Assembly (NCBI GenBank): GCA_010909165.1
Contig: MU008165.1
Span: 930,001 to 994,000 of the forward strand
DNA length: 64,000 bases
Origin: Anthoceros angustus
Taxonomy: Eukaryota > Plantae > Anthocerotophyta
Direction of reading: 5' to 3'
The stretch's first letter is position 1; each line of letters opens with the position of its first letter. The translations under genes and the position numbers were made by a program. The notes below the pieces were generated by a model. It did no database searches, was not told the DNA's origin, and worked only from the letters and a program-made list of their open reading frames with translations. Of the stretch, positions 1-12,169 are shown piece after piece.

Positions 1-390
1 GTCATACTAGCAGACTTTGGTTTGTCTGTTCCATGTCTCCAAAACGAACATGAATTATTGTACAGGGGAGCTGCAGGAACCCCATGTTACATGGCTCCGG
101 AGGTATTGGAGTCGGAAGACGATGTAAACATAAGCTATACTTCAAAAGCCGATATTTGGAGCGCAGGAGTCATTTTGTATGAAGTTTTAACCGGAAATCG
201 TCCTTATATAGGATATGAGTTCGACGCCGAAAAAGAAGAATGGATAACTCAATTGGACCTAGATGAGTGGCCCAACATCTCACACGAAGTGAAAGATCTA
301 CTACACTCAATGTTACATTTAGAACAAGAGTGTAGACCGGATGCGCAAGTTCTAAACCATTCTTGGTTTTGCTCGCTATCTTATATATGA
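1..390 (+). CDS. Ser/Thr protein kinase (CAMK group, CDPK/PPCK-like), C-terminal half, copy 1, cut by window start
   Basis: LADFGL at ~7-24, then GTPCYMAPE, KADIWSAGVILY and LNHSWF, stop at 390; same sequence as 11063-11879 and 37411-38227. Confidence 0.9.
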   Translation, partial: VILADFGLSVPCLQNEHELLYRGAAGTPCYMAPEVLESEDDVNISYTSKADIWSAGVILYEVLTGNRPYIGYEFDAEKEEWITQLDLDEWPNISHEVKDLLHSMLHLEQECRPDAQVLNHSWFCSLSYI

Positions 391-669
391 AAGATAGTAA
401 TTTTATTATATAAGAACTTTTATTTGTATTATATATTTTTAATATAATGATTTTTATTTTAACTTTATTCATAATTTCATTAAACCACTCTTGGCCTCTT
501 TCTTGTGAGAAAGTCTTCAAGCCATGCAAGCGGCATGAAAATTGATGTAGTGAAGAGATTGGAGTATATCGCTATGTGTTTAGCCGTGAGTCTTTTGGTC
601 ATTGTCATAGCATGGCATAATAGCATCGGACAATTTCTTCTTCTATAGCTACATATTATAGTTACTAAA

Positions 670-1786
670 TCGCATGTTAGAATCTTGACGGGTTCGCAAA
701 CCCCGATTCTGCGGCTCTAAGCGGGCTCAACGTGCTTGGGACGACCACACCAAGGGTGTGCGAATGTTTTGAATCATGAGCCGAGCAAGGTAACGTGGCC
801 GAGGCGGAGTGTGAAGATGGCGGCGTAGAAGGAAAATTGGCATTTATGGAAACGGCTATTGTTGAAGTCCCACCTTGCAGCCACGAGAGAACTCCTGCAC
901 AGGCAATGGACACCCGTTACGAAAAGCCATCACACAAGAAAGGGGTGGTAGGCTTTAGCACAGCCTTGATGAACTGGAGAAATCCTTGCCCATGGCCCCG
1001 TGAGTCTCGATGGCAAGGGGATGAAGGCGTGGCCCTTCTTGCATGGGCGAGTACTTGTGAACGCTCGTTGTCGCGCATCTCTCCGCCACCCAACCCGGAG
1101 GGTTGATGATGGCGTGCTTGCGGTGTCCCGCAAGGTCATTGTAGCCACATCCACACCGAAACGGTCCCCTCGGCCGAGAACATGGCGTCGCGGACGGCGT
1201 GATGCGTAGCAATGCGCTGCCCGCCACCGGAGAGCGAGGGCTACGGCGAGTCTAAAGAGAGCGCCAAAGGTTGGACCAAACCAAAGTGAACCTCATCGGT
1301 AGAAAAGAAGCCGGTGCGACTAAAATACCTTGATGCAAGGTCGGGCTAGAAGCCATGAACTGCTCCTTCCCGAGCAAGAGCGGAGGCGAGCTCGAGTGGT
1401 CAAGGAATGGAGGAATCGAGGAGCAAAGCCCGCGTGCCCATACAAGTTTCTTCTCATGGAGGGAGGCCAAAGCCCCACGCCGTCCAGAGAACGAGGACGA
1501 ATGCGGCATGACCGCCTAGCCTCAGAGGATAGGACACCCCTAGCCAATCTTAAGGACAAGCATGCAGGAAGGCGCCTCCTCGGCCGAGACGAAGGCCTTG
1601 AAGATGCGGTAATCCCTGGGGATTAGGAAATGGGAGGCCTAGATGCGGGTTGAGAGGACCAAGCTCAAGCGTCAGGCCATGCTCAGGCGACTCTAAGGGC
1701 CGCTCTTGAGGTAAGCAATTGCATTCATGTGAGCACTTCCTCAACGGACAACCAAGCAAAACAAGTCTAATATGCAAATACCAATT
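670..1786 (-). mobile_element. Internally deleted LTR-retroelement internal region
   Basis: 780-1050 matches 12280-12570; ~1515-1786 matches 40004-40283 in reverse complement; lies directly after the LTR-like end and a TGGTAT motif. Confidence 0.5.
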
Positions 1787-2308
1787 TGTAACACTAGGAG
1801 AGAGTAGCTTGCGTTGTGGTTTTCCTCCCACACTCTCCCCACGAACAACACGCAAATTCGCACATGGCTCTGAGTGATAGCTTTGGCCTCCTCACAACTC
1901 TCTTGCATTGCATATGTAGAGGACAAGTTATGATGTGAGCTTGTCCTTTGTGAAAGGGTCTATATATCTAGGCCTTGGCATTGGCATATTCCTAAGATAT
2001 CCTATTGGCATGATGTAAATATCCAAAGAATACACCATAATATGCAAGGAATATGCTAAAGCATATAACTTGTGTTTATCCACTTAGTTATTGCTAACCG
2101 TGTTTAAGTAACAGTAATCGATGCTTAATTAACATAACCACTTCATATTAATTAATTAATACTAATAACTTACTTAATGATAAGTCATTAGATTAATTAA
2201 TGCTAGATATAAATGAATTTAACCACTTCATATTAATTAATTAATACTAATTACTTACTTAATGATAAGTCATTAGATTAATTAATGCTAGATATAAATG
2301 AATTTAAC
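1787..2308 (-). mobile_element. LTR-like segment (U3/R/U5); left end defined, right end uncertain
   Basis: Minus strand has TATATAGA, then ...CTCTCCTAGTGTTACA-AAT-TGGTAT (LTR end followed by a PBS-like start). Second copy ends at 40003. AT-rich part has an ~85-bp duplication (2137-2308). Confidence 0.5.
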
Positions 2309-2426
2309 ATAAATCAGCAGCACTATCTCTTTCTAAAATAGATGCCAATATACCAATCGACACACGTAGTTGAAAATTTACCAATTTACTAGTTGCCAAT
2401 ATGAAGCCCGGTAGTTTCTCATGGGG

Positions 2427-2433
2427 TATAAAT
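2427..2433 (+). promoter_or_regulatory. Putative TATA box of the kinase cassette transcript
   Basis: TATAAAT ~110 nt upstream of the first AAG|GT donor-like site (2539); conserved at 39418-39424 on the minus strand in copy 3. Confidence 0.45.
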
Positions 2434-2454
2434 GGGCGAGACTTAAAATCAAAG

Positions 2455-4075
2455 CTGGCTCGGACTCGAACTTCAAATCTTGTTATCCATTCTTCTTGCA
2501 TGTAACTTTTCATAATTCTATGATCTACGGTTGTTAAGGTTTGTTCAATGAAGATTGATGTTCTCCTTACGGAGGGATGAGTTTATGCATGTATATTCCT
2601 ATGTGTGCTAACCTAATTCATTCTCTACTTGTTCTCTGTTTCCCTAGAGGGCACGTAAATTACCCAAAGGCGAGACCTAAACCGAAAGATTTCGCCATGA
2701 ACTTAAAAATCTCACATTCTTGCAAATATCTTTTAATAATCGTGTGATCTACGGTTGTTAAGGTTTGTTCAATGAAGATTCATGTTCTCCTTTATAGAGA
2801 TTCATGTTCTCTATCTTTATAGAGGATGGGTGTATGCATGTGTATTCCGTGTTAACGAATTCATTCTTTCTACTTGTTCCCTACAGGTTTCCCTAGAGGG
2901 CACGTAAATTACCCAAAGGGCGAGACCTAAACCGAAAGATTTCCTCCGCACCATGAACTTAAAAATCTCACATTCTTGCAAATATCTTTTAATAATCGTG
3001 TGATCTACGGTTGTTAAGGTTTGTTCAATGAAGATTGATGTTCTCCTTTACGGAGGGATGAGTTTATGCATGTATATTCCTATGTGCTAACGAATTCATT
3101 CTCTCTACTTGTTCCTTACAGGTTTCCCTAGAGGGCACGTAAATTACCCAAAGGAGACCTAAACCGAAAGATTTCCTCCGCCATGAACTTAAAAATCTCA
3201 CATTCTTGCAAATATCTTTTAATAATCGTGTGATCTACTTGTTAAGGTATGTTCCATGAAGATTCATGTTCTCCTTTATAGAGGATGGGTGTATGCATGT
3301 ATATTCCTATGTGCTAGCAATTCATTCTTTCTACTTGTTCCCTGGTTTTCCTAGAGGGCACGTAAATTACCCAAAGGCGAGACCTAAACCGAAAGATTTC
3401 CTCACCATGAACTTAAAAATCTCACATTCTTGCAAATATCTTTTAATAATCGTGTGATCTACGGTTGTTAAGGTTTGTTCAATGAAGATTGATGTTCTCC
3501 TTTACGGAGGGATGAGTTTATGCATGTATATTCCTATGTGCTAACGAATTCATTCTCTCTACTTGTTCTCTGGGTTTCCCTAGAGGGCACGTAAATTACC
3601 CAAAGGAGACCTAAACCGAAAGATTTCCTCCGCCATGAACTTAAAAATCTCACATTCTTGCAAATATCTTTTAATAATCGTGTGATCTACTTGTTAAGGT
3701 ATGTTCCATGAAGATTCATGTTCTCCTTTATAGAGGATGGGTGTATGCATGTATTCAAGTTACAATTCATTCTTTCTACTTGTTCCCTGGTTTTCCTAGA
3801 GGGCACGTAAATTACCCAAAGGCGAGACCTAAACCGAAAGATTTCCTCCGCACCATGAACTTAAAAATCTCACATTCTTGCAAATATCTTTTAATAATCG
3901 TGTGATCTACTTGTTAAGGTTTGTTCAATGAAGATTCATGTTCTCCTTTACGGAGGGATGAGTTTATGCATGTATATGTTCCTATGTGCTAACTCATTCT
4001 CTCTACTTGTTCTCTGAGTTTCCCTAGAGGGCACGTAAATTACCCAAAGGCGAGACCTAAACCGAAAGATTTTCT
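2455..4075 (+). repeat. ~228-bp tandem array (exon+intron-like unit), left part
   Basis: CCATGAACTTAAAAATCTCAC recurs at ~2696, 2952, 3181, 3405, 3633 and 3852. Confidence 0.95.
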
Positions 4076-4094
4076 CACAGCCCAACTCAACATA

Positions 4095-7000
4095 CAGCAG
4101 GCTCGTGATGTGCTCGAATCGACGATGCTTTCATTTCTGAGGTTTTATACATGTGCTTGAAAGAACATCACATTGGGCGATGCAGTTGTTAAGGTTTGTT
4201 CAATGAAGATTCATGTTCTCTATCTCATGAATTAGCACCTAACGGGTGGGAAAAACAGGATATTGAACATTTACTGGGCTATGTCAGGCCTAATCTAACG
4301 AGGTCTGCAAATATTGTCAAACCTCTCAGAGGCGTTGTGGCATGTTGTGGCCTCCTTACGTCGGTGTGGGGTCTTAGGCTTCTTGCATCGGATCCTTGCG
4401 TGACATTCTCTCCCCAGAGGTGGTCGTCCTCCGACCATTGGTGCAGGCGAAACGATTGCAAAGCTTGTCTCCCATGTGCGGGTACATCGGGCTCGTTAGC
4501 CCAACCGAGAAATCTGATGTCGAGGCCGAACTGGCGCTTAGCTGAGATGCGTCAATCGGTTGTGAGAAGTGAGGACCGTGATGGACGGCCCGGATGAAGA
4601 GGGTTAGGGCGGTGATGAGGCCGGTCTTCTGTCAGGTCCCTTATGTCGAGGAGATGCAAATGATTTATTGTGTCCTCTGGAGGTGGCGGGCGGGAACCAT
4701 TTGAGCATAGAGACATGGAGCGTCCCACATCTTCGGTCTGTGAGCAAGCCAAGCTGACCGGTTGATCACATGGGTGATGGGAAAGGACCCTGGCCGATGC
4801 TTGCTTCTTGCACGAGAGGATACCTATGGGGCTTCATGCTGAACACACCATCTATACTGGTAAGAGATGGGCGGGCGTCCTTGTCGACTCGCTACATCTG
4901 TCACTAAGCACTTCTTGCATGCCTCATGAACCCGTGAAACACATCCTCCGTGAGTTACGGCGCTTTGCCATTGGCGTTGGGAGGAGGGCGAGGCGGTGGT
5001 GGGCATTCACCATACAAGAGCTTGAAGGCGACTCGGTTGCGGCATGCTTGGAGGAGTTATCGCATACTCCATAAGAGGTAAAAGCTCCTCCCGTCCTTGT
5101 TTTCTGGCGAAGTGGCGCGGCTGTCTTGAGACTTGGTTGTGCTTCTCCGTCAGCCGTCTCTCTCGGGGTGGCGGTGTGGACATGAGTTACGGATCCAGGG
5201 ATTACGTGAGCGTCTTCAGGCGAGATGTGAACTTGTGTCTCTGTCGGACACGATACTTTCCAGGCGCCATGCGGTAGAAACACTTCCGGATAAACATCGG
5301 GCGGTTCTTGGCAGCGTATGGTGGGGACTAGGTGGCAAACCTTGGACAATCGATCGACAATCACCGGATCTTTGTCCAGGCGTGTCAGGTAGGTGAGTGA
5401 TGAAGTCCATGGAGATGGTGAAATCGCAGCGGATCTGTAAGGGTTGCGCACTGTGGAGTTTCGATGCTCGGGTTTGACTGTTGGCGAGGTGCGAGGCGGA
5501 CCCATGCTATGACATCTGCGCATGTCCTCCCAATGGTAATCTTGCTTGACCCTCGCATAAGTTTTGTCGATCTTAGGGTGTCCGAGATCTCGTCGGAGTG
5601 TAGGATATCGTCGGTGTTGGGTCATGGGTGGTGACCAAAACGGCCCTTCCGCTGATTTTGCGTCCTTGATAGAGTAGACTGCGAGGCTAGTGGGTATGCC
5701 GGCTTGCGTGTACACTGCTGTTGATAAACCGACCACCATTTTGGGTCCTTTGGCGAGGCTGCGAACTTGGCGGAGGTTTCCGGTATGTCACCATCAAGGT
5801 GCAGCCCCTCCTGGGTAGCGTCAGCCACGGCGTTGGAGGTCCGTCACGTATTTGATGTCCATATCATAATCGACTAAGTGTTCGGACCGGTAGCCCGGTA
5901 CGTGCGTTAGTGAAATGGTTGAAAAGTGTTGTGAATGGTGGTCGATGAAGCAAGTGAAATGTTGGCCGAGTAGGTAGTGGCGCCATACCTTGGTGGCGTG
6001 TATGATGGCTAACATTTGTTGGCATGCGTAATTCGTTGTGCACCACAGCTCTAGGACTCGTGGCGATGACCTGCCGTTTTGGGACAACACAATCGATCGG
6101 GCGTCGTGTGCCTTTGTGTACTGTGGTCCGCCAGCTGGGGGGGCGGTCTTGAGGCCGTTCGAGAGAGAAGGCCTCTTGGCGTCTTTCCCCAAGCGTGATG
6201 GCCTTACCGTGGATGCTTTGAGGGCCTCTATGGCATGGCAATTATTTAGATCAGGCGAACTGCGGTAGAAACACGCCATGCCGAGGAAGCCTCGCGGTGA
6301 TCACGTGTCTGGAAGGGCCACTCCATAATCGCCTTGATTTTGCGGGTGTCGTGAGATACGTCGGCCGAGATGATGTGCCCAGTCGCATTTTTCGCATAAA
6401 AGGCGCACTTGCTTCTTTGCGGAGATTATGCTTAGAAGGAGTTCCATGACTCCGGAATAAGCGATAGTGTTCCTCACCGTAGATTAGGATGTCGTCGAAA
6501 GACCTCCACCGTGGCGGCGGCCTCGGGATCTCTTGCATGAGACCTTTGGAAGGTGGCGGGGCGTTAGTGAGCCAGGCATGACCCACTCAGTGGCGTGCCT
6601 TGTCGGAAGGCGGTCTTGTGTTCATCGCCTTCCGGATTCGATCGGTAAAACCACGACCTCGGTCGATCTTGGTGAAATGCTTGTCCCATGGGTTGGTCAG
6701 AATCTCGATTACGGGCATCGACGTTCGATGGTTGCCTTATTCGAGGCGGTAATCAACACACAACCTCCAGTGCCCGTCGGGTTTGGCCACATCACGGGTG
6801 CCAAGGCGACCGAGCGAGCAAGCCTGCATGAGTTCATCCACGCCTCTTGATTTCTTCGCAGCACGTGCGATAAGGCGGTATACTAACGGTTTGTGCGGGC
6901 GAAGCTCGATGGCGTGGTCCACGGCATGAGTGGGAAGTTGGCGGCTCGAGATGGCGAGTGCAGATCCTTCATGGCTGCTTGAGTGCACCTCCGTGTCGGC

Positions 7001-9360
7001 TGGCGGACTGCCGTACCCTCAGGTAAGACTCTCTTGGGCAGGCGATGTACATAATTGCAGGCGGCTTTATTGAGGGCCGATCGCACAACAATTTGTCGGG
7101 GATGTATCATCATGACATATTAGGTGCAGCACAACCTAAGATGTTGTGTGCCCGGTCAATTTGCGAGTGCTTGGAGTGGTGGGCAAGCCACGGTTTGGAT
7201 GAGATCGTGGCAAAGGCGGGCACGGTGAACATTCCTCTTGGTACCCTCCGGGAAAAACACGGTGGCGGTGGCGCTCGCTCCTTGTCGGTCTCCTTGCCGT
7301 TGTGACCACGTCGACACTCGTCCGTGTCACGATGAGGATTCTGCGGTTGGCCGCTGCGAGATGAAATGGTGGCTGGCTCTGAGTCCACATTGCCGCTCTC
7401 CTCGATGCTTCATCTTGATCGGTATGTGGGACGGGTTGGGGGGTCAGGCGTGAGGTTTGGCCGACTGCCCAGCGGTGATTTCGGGGTTCCTCGATCTCCT
7501 CGATCTTGACCCCTGGTTGCTCTTGGGCTTACCTCCATCCCCACGGGTGGTCAGTCTCTTTGAGCCGATTGATGAAGTCCCGACGGTGTGGGCATGACTT
7601 GACCCGTGGTCGGTGGAGGCACATGTGAAGCACATGTGTTTGTCTGATACTTCTTCGCTCCTCCTCGGTCAAGAGCTTGAAGGTCGGTTTCTTTTCCATC
7701 GCGTTTGCTTGTCCCCATTTGGGCTTAGCAGTTGGGTGTTGGCATGCTTGTACTTATTATTGCCGTAATTAATCATTGCTTTCATTGCTTGACGGTGTGC
7801 AATCGGTTGTGTCCCTAAGTGAATTTTCCATCGATGAAGCGCTCGATTTTTGTTCCTCGTGGGCGGGGCATGTCCAACTGATTATGAGATTCTTACAGAC
7901 CTTGGTGAATCTTCGAGCGGTGATCTGATTCCTGATGGTTGTGGCGGGAAGTGTTAATTTGGCGGAAGGAGGGCCGAGGGAGTAGATGGGGCTTCCATGC
8001 CCAATTCTGCTTTCATTGCCTCCACCAGCAGTGCGTACCCTTCAGCGACATCACGGTGTATCTTCTGGAGTGGGTCCTTCTCCGTGCCCGGCTTGTCCAG
8101 GGGTCATGAACCGCTTGTGCATCTTTTCGTTTCCATTGAAGGTCGTGGTTACGATCTTACTGTAATTCTTTATCGGTAGTGAGGACAGTCCTCTTGGGAC
8201 TCGAGTTGCTCTGGTAGGCCCGACCCTTCCGGGCCTCCCGCCTCGCATCAGAGCCGCCTCCTTACCGGCTCGGATGTCCTTGTTGTTGTTTTCACGGGGA
8301 GGTTTCTGGTAGTATAGGTTGCTCCTCGCTTTCGTCGCCACATGACCACCGATGCCGCTTCTTTCACATCGACCGGCGGTTCTTGGGCGGGATCCGGAGT
8401 ACCTCTTGGCGGCTCCGTCGGCTCGTGGCCGGTGATGGCATGGGAGGCGGGATCCACCGTCGCCGCTTCTCGCGCAGAGGACTGCCCCATGGCCTCGCAA
8501 GCCCAATCACCGCCCAGCCGACCTTCGACCATCGAGATTCGACGCGGGTGAGGGCCGACTCCATGGCTCGACCGGCTTTCCGGCCGGCGCGACGTTTCGT
8601 GCACGGCCCACCCCGTCTTCCGCCTGTGGGGCCGGGAGTGGGCGGCCTCTGGCGCGTCCAGGATGTCAGGCCTCGGCGTCCTTGGCCGGCGGTCTTTGCG
8701 GGAGGAGCTCGGGCGGTGGGCTCGGGAGCTTTCCGAGGTCGGCCCCGACGCAGGGCCGGGTTCGTGGTACGCCCACCGGATGGTGGGATCACTGGATCCG
8801 GCGTTCGGACGGGCGGCCGCAGGCCACGCACTGGGATTGTCCCGGCCGGGAGAGGGAGTATCCGACGCTGGTGGCGTCCGGCTGGGTGGTGAACTGAGGC
8901 CGCCACGCACCGAGCGATTGGCTCCTCGCCGCGGCCGCTGAGCGATCGGTGTCCGCCATAGCCGACCGACGGCACGGCCTCCAGCCGATGCGGGCCGTTG
9001 AAGATCGCGGCTCATACTAAGATGCTACGAAAGCCGAATGCGACAAACTAGGCTCCGTGATGTGCTCGAATCGACATGCTTTCATTTACGTTGGGTTTTA
9101 TACACCTCGGTCCTTACGGACCAAGAACATCGACTTATAGCCGGTGACACCTTATTTACATGATGGTTAGTAACGGTTTTTCTCTACGGACGTGGGCATT
9201 TAACGTGGGGTAACGGATGGCGATTCGACATTGACATTACGTACGACGCGGCTGGGGCCGCAATGATCGCGAGGTGGGTACCGTGAGTGTCTGCCCTTTA
9301 TGTGAGGCTGTAATACCCTCTTTACGCTTAGGGGTCTTGGTTTGCCGGTGCCACGGGTCA
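4095..9360 (-). mobile_element. Degenerate Ty3/gypsy LTR retrotransposon nested in the array
   Basis: Minus-strand order: gag zinc-knuckle remnant CFTCASTDH (~7610-7635), protease-like DS(G)A region (~7380), RT (DHAIEL, WRLCVDYR, FDDILIY), RNase H (LAIIHATKVWRHYLLG), integrase (HPKIDKTYARVKQDYHW). PPT GGGGAGAGAA at 4406-4415 precedes TGTCAC. PBS-like TTAGTATGAGC at 9010-9020. Confidence 0.9.
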
Positions 9361-9364
9361 CCAT

Positions 9365-11035
9365 GATTGCACTATGAACTTAAAATCTCACATTCTTGCA
9401 AATATCTTTTAATAATCGTGTGATCTACTTGTTAAGGTTTGTTCAATGAAGATTCATGTTCTCCTTACGGAGGATGAGTTTATGCATGTGTATTCCTAGT
9501 GTTAACGAATTCATTCTCTCTACTTGTTCTCTATAGGTTTCCCTAGAGACGTAAATTACCCAAAGGCGAGACCTAAACCGAAGATTTCCTCAGCCATGAA
9601 CTTAAAATCTCACATTCTTGCAAATATCTTTTAATAATCGTGTGATCTACGGTTGTTAAGGTATGTTCCATGAAGATTCATCCTTTATAGAGGGATGGGT
9701 GTATGTAGCATGGTGTTACAATTCATTCTTTCTACTTGTTCCCTGGTTTCCCTAGAGCGTAAATTACCCAAAGGCGAGACCTAAACCGAAAGATTTCCTC
9801 CGCACCATGAACTTAAAATCTCACATTCTTGCAAATATCTTTTAATAATCGTGTGATCTCACGGTTGTTAAGGTATGTTCCATGAAGATTCATGTTCTCC
9901 TTTATAGAGGGATGGGTGTATGCATGTGTATTCGTGTTAGCAATTCATTCTTTCTACTTGTTCTCTGAGGTTTCCCTAGAGACACGTAAATTACCCAAAG
10001 GCGAGACCTAAACGAAAGATTTCCTCCGCACCATGAACTTAAAAATCTCACATTCTTGCAAATATCTTTTAATAATCGTGTGATCTCTACGGTTGTTAAG
10101 GTTTGTTCAATGAAGATTCATGTTCTCCTTTACGGAGGGATGAGTTTATGCATGTATGTTCTATGTGTGCTAACGAATTCATTCTCTCTACTTGTTCTCT
10201 GAGGTTTCCCTAGAGCACGTAAATTACCCAAAGGCGAGACCTAAACCGAAAGATTCCCTCACCATGAACTTAAAAATCTCACATTCTTGCAAATATCTTT
10301 TAATAATCGTGTGATCTCTGTTGTTAAGGTATGTTCCATGAAGATTCATGTTAATGATGACTCATCTTGTTATCCATTCTTCTTGCATGTAACTTTTCAT
10401 AATTCTATGATCTACGTTGTTAAGGTTTGTTCAATGAAGATTGATGTTCTCCTTTACGGAGGGATGAGTTTATGCATGTATGTTCTTATGTGTGCTCTAT
10501 TCATTCTCTCTACTTGTTCTCTGGGTTTCCCTAGAGGGCACGTAAATTACCCAAAGGCGAGACCTAAACCGAAAGATTTCCTCCGCCATGAACTTAAAAA
10601 TCTCACATTCTTGCAAATATCTTTTAATAATCGTGTGATCTACGTTGTTAAGGTATGTTCCATGAAGATTCATGTTCTCCTTTATAGAGGGATGGGTGTA
10701 TGCATGTGTATTCCTAGTGTTAACGAATTCATTCTTTCTACTTGTTCCCTCGGGTTTCCCTAGAGGGCACGTAAATTACCCAAAGGCGAGACCTAAACCG
10801 AAGATTTCCTCCGCACCATGAACTTAAAAATCTCACATTCTTGCAAATATCTTTTAATAATCGTGTGATCTGTTGTTAAGGTTTGTTCAATGAAGATTGA
10901 TGTTCTCTCCTTTAGAGGATGAGTTTATGCATGTATGTTCTGTGTGTGCTAGCAATTCATTCTCTCTACTTGTTCCTGCGGGTTTCCCTAGAGGCACGTA
11001 AATTACCCAAAGGCGGGACCTAAACCGAAAGAAAT
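9365..11035 (+). repeat. ~228-bp tandem array, right part, running into the kinase
   Basis: Seven more uORF-bearing units (~9375 to ~10817). The last partial unit continues straight into the kinase ATG at 11063. Confidence 0.95.
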
Positions 11036-11062
11036 ACTCCTATTTATCAATCTTTTAAAATT

Positions 11063-11879
11063 ATGGAGTCCACAATGAAAATTGAAGTGAGAATGTTTGA
11101 AGAAAGATACATATGTGGAAAATGTATCGGTGAAGGAGGTTTTTCAAAGTCTATGAATGCTATGACAAATATACGGAAAGATATTTGCCTGCAAAATTAT
11201 GAAAAATCTAAAGACATAAATGATGCAATATGTAGAGAGATCAACACTCTTGATCTCTTCCAAAATATTCTCATATTATTAACACAAAAGTGTTCATGAG
11301 GATATTGAACATATTTATATTGTGATGGAGCTATGTACCAATGGTACACTAAAGGATGAACTAAAAAGGGGAGCTTATTGTGAAGAGGATGCAAAATACT
11401 TATGTTTAACCTAATGGAGGCAATCAATTTTGCCACAGGCATAATGTTATGCATCGCGATTTGAAACCGGCTAATATACTATTACTTAGCCGTCTCAAAG
11501 TCATACTAGCGAGACTTTGGTTTATACATTCCATGTCTCCAAAGCGAACATGAATTATTATGCTGCGGGAACCCCATGTTACATGGCTCGGAGGTATTGG
11601 AGTCGGAAGGCGATGTAAACATAAGCTATACTTCAAAAGCCGATATTTGGAGCGCAGAGTCATTTTGTATGAAGTTTTAACCGAAATCGTCCTTATATAG
11701 GATATGAGTTCGACACGAAAAAGAAGAATGGATAACTCAATTGGACCTAGATGAGTGGCCCAACATGTCACACAGTGAAAGATCTACTACACTCAATGTT
11801 ACATTTAGAACAAGAGTGTAGACCGGATCTGTGACAAGTTCTAAACCATTCTTGGTTTTGCTCGCTATCTTATATATGA
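11063..11879 (+). CDS. Minimal Ser/Thr kinase (~272 aa), copy 2, frameshifted as assembled
   Basis: IGEGGFSK, FACKIMKK, YIVMELC, HRDLKPANILL (~11450-11485), DFG, YMA(P)E and KADIWS spread across frames; intronless; AT-rich. Confidence 0.85.
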
Positions 11880-12169
11880 AAGATAGTAATTTTATTATAT
11901 AAGAACTTTTATTTGTATTATATATTTTTAATATAATGATTTTTATTTTTAACTTTATTCATAATTTCATTAAACCACTCTTGATTGCCTCTTTCTTGTG
12001 AGAAAGTCTTCAAGCCATGCAAGCGGTCATGAAATTGATGTAGTGGTGAGATTGGAGTATATCGCTATGTGTTTAGCTAGTGAGTCTTTGTTTTGGTCAT
12101 TGTCATAGCATGGCATAATAGCATCGGGACAATTTCTTCTTCTATATTTCATATTATAGTTACTAAATC

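Noticed and set aside
746-760. CACACC-AAG-GGTGTG hairpin as a Helitron 3' end of the kinase cassette
   Set aside because: No CTRR follows, and the hairpin lies within the tail of the minus-strand retro ORF, which continues past it in copies 1 and 2.
2455-11035. CRISPR array or plain centromeric satellite
   Set aside because: No unique spacers and no cas genes; eukaryotic context. The array is short, tied to the kinase cassette and carries splice-like signals.
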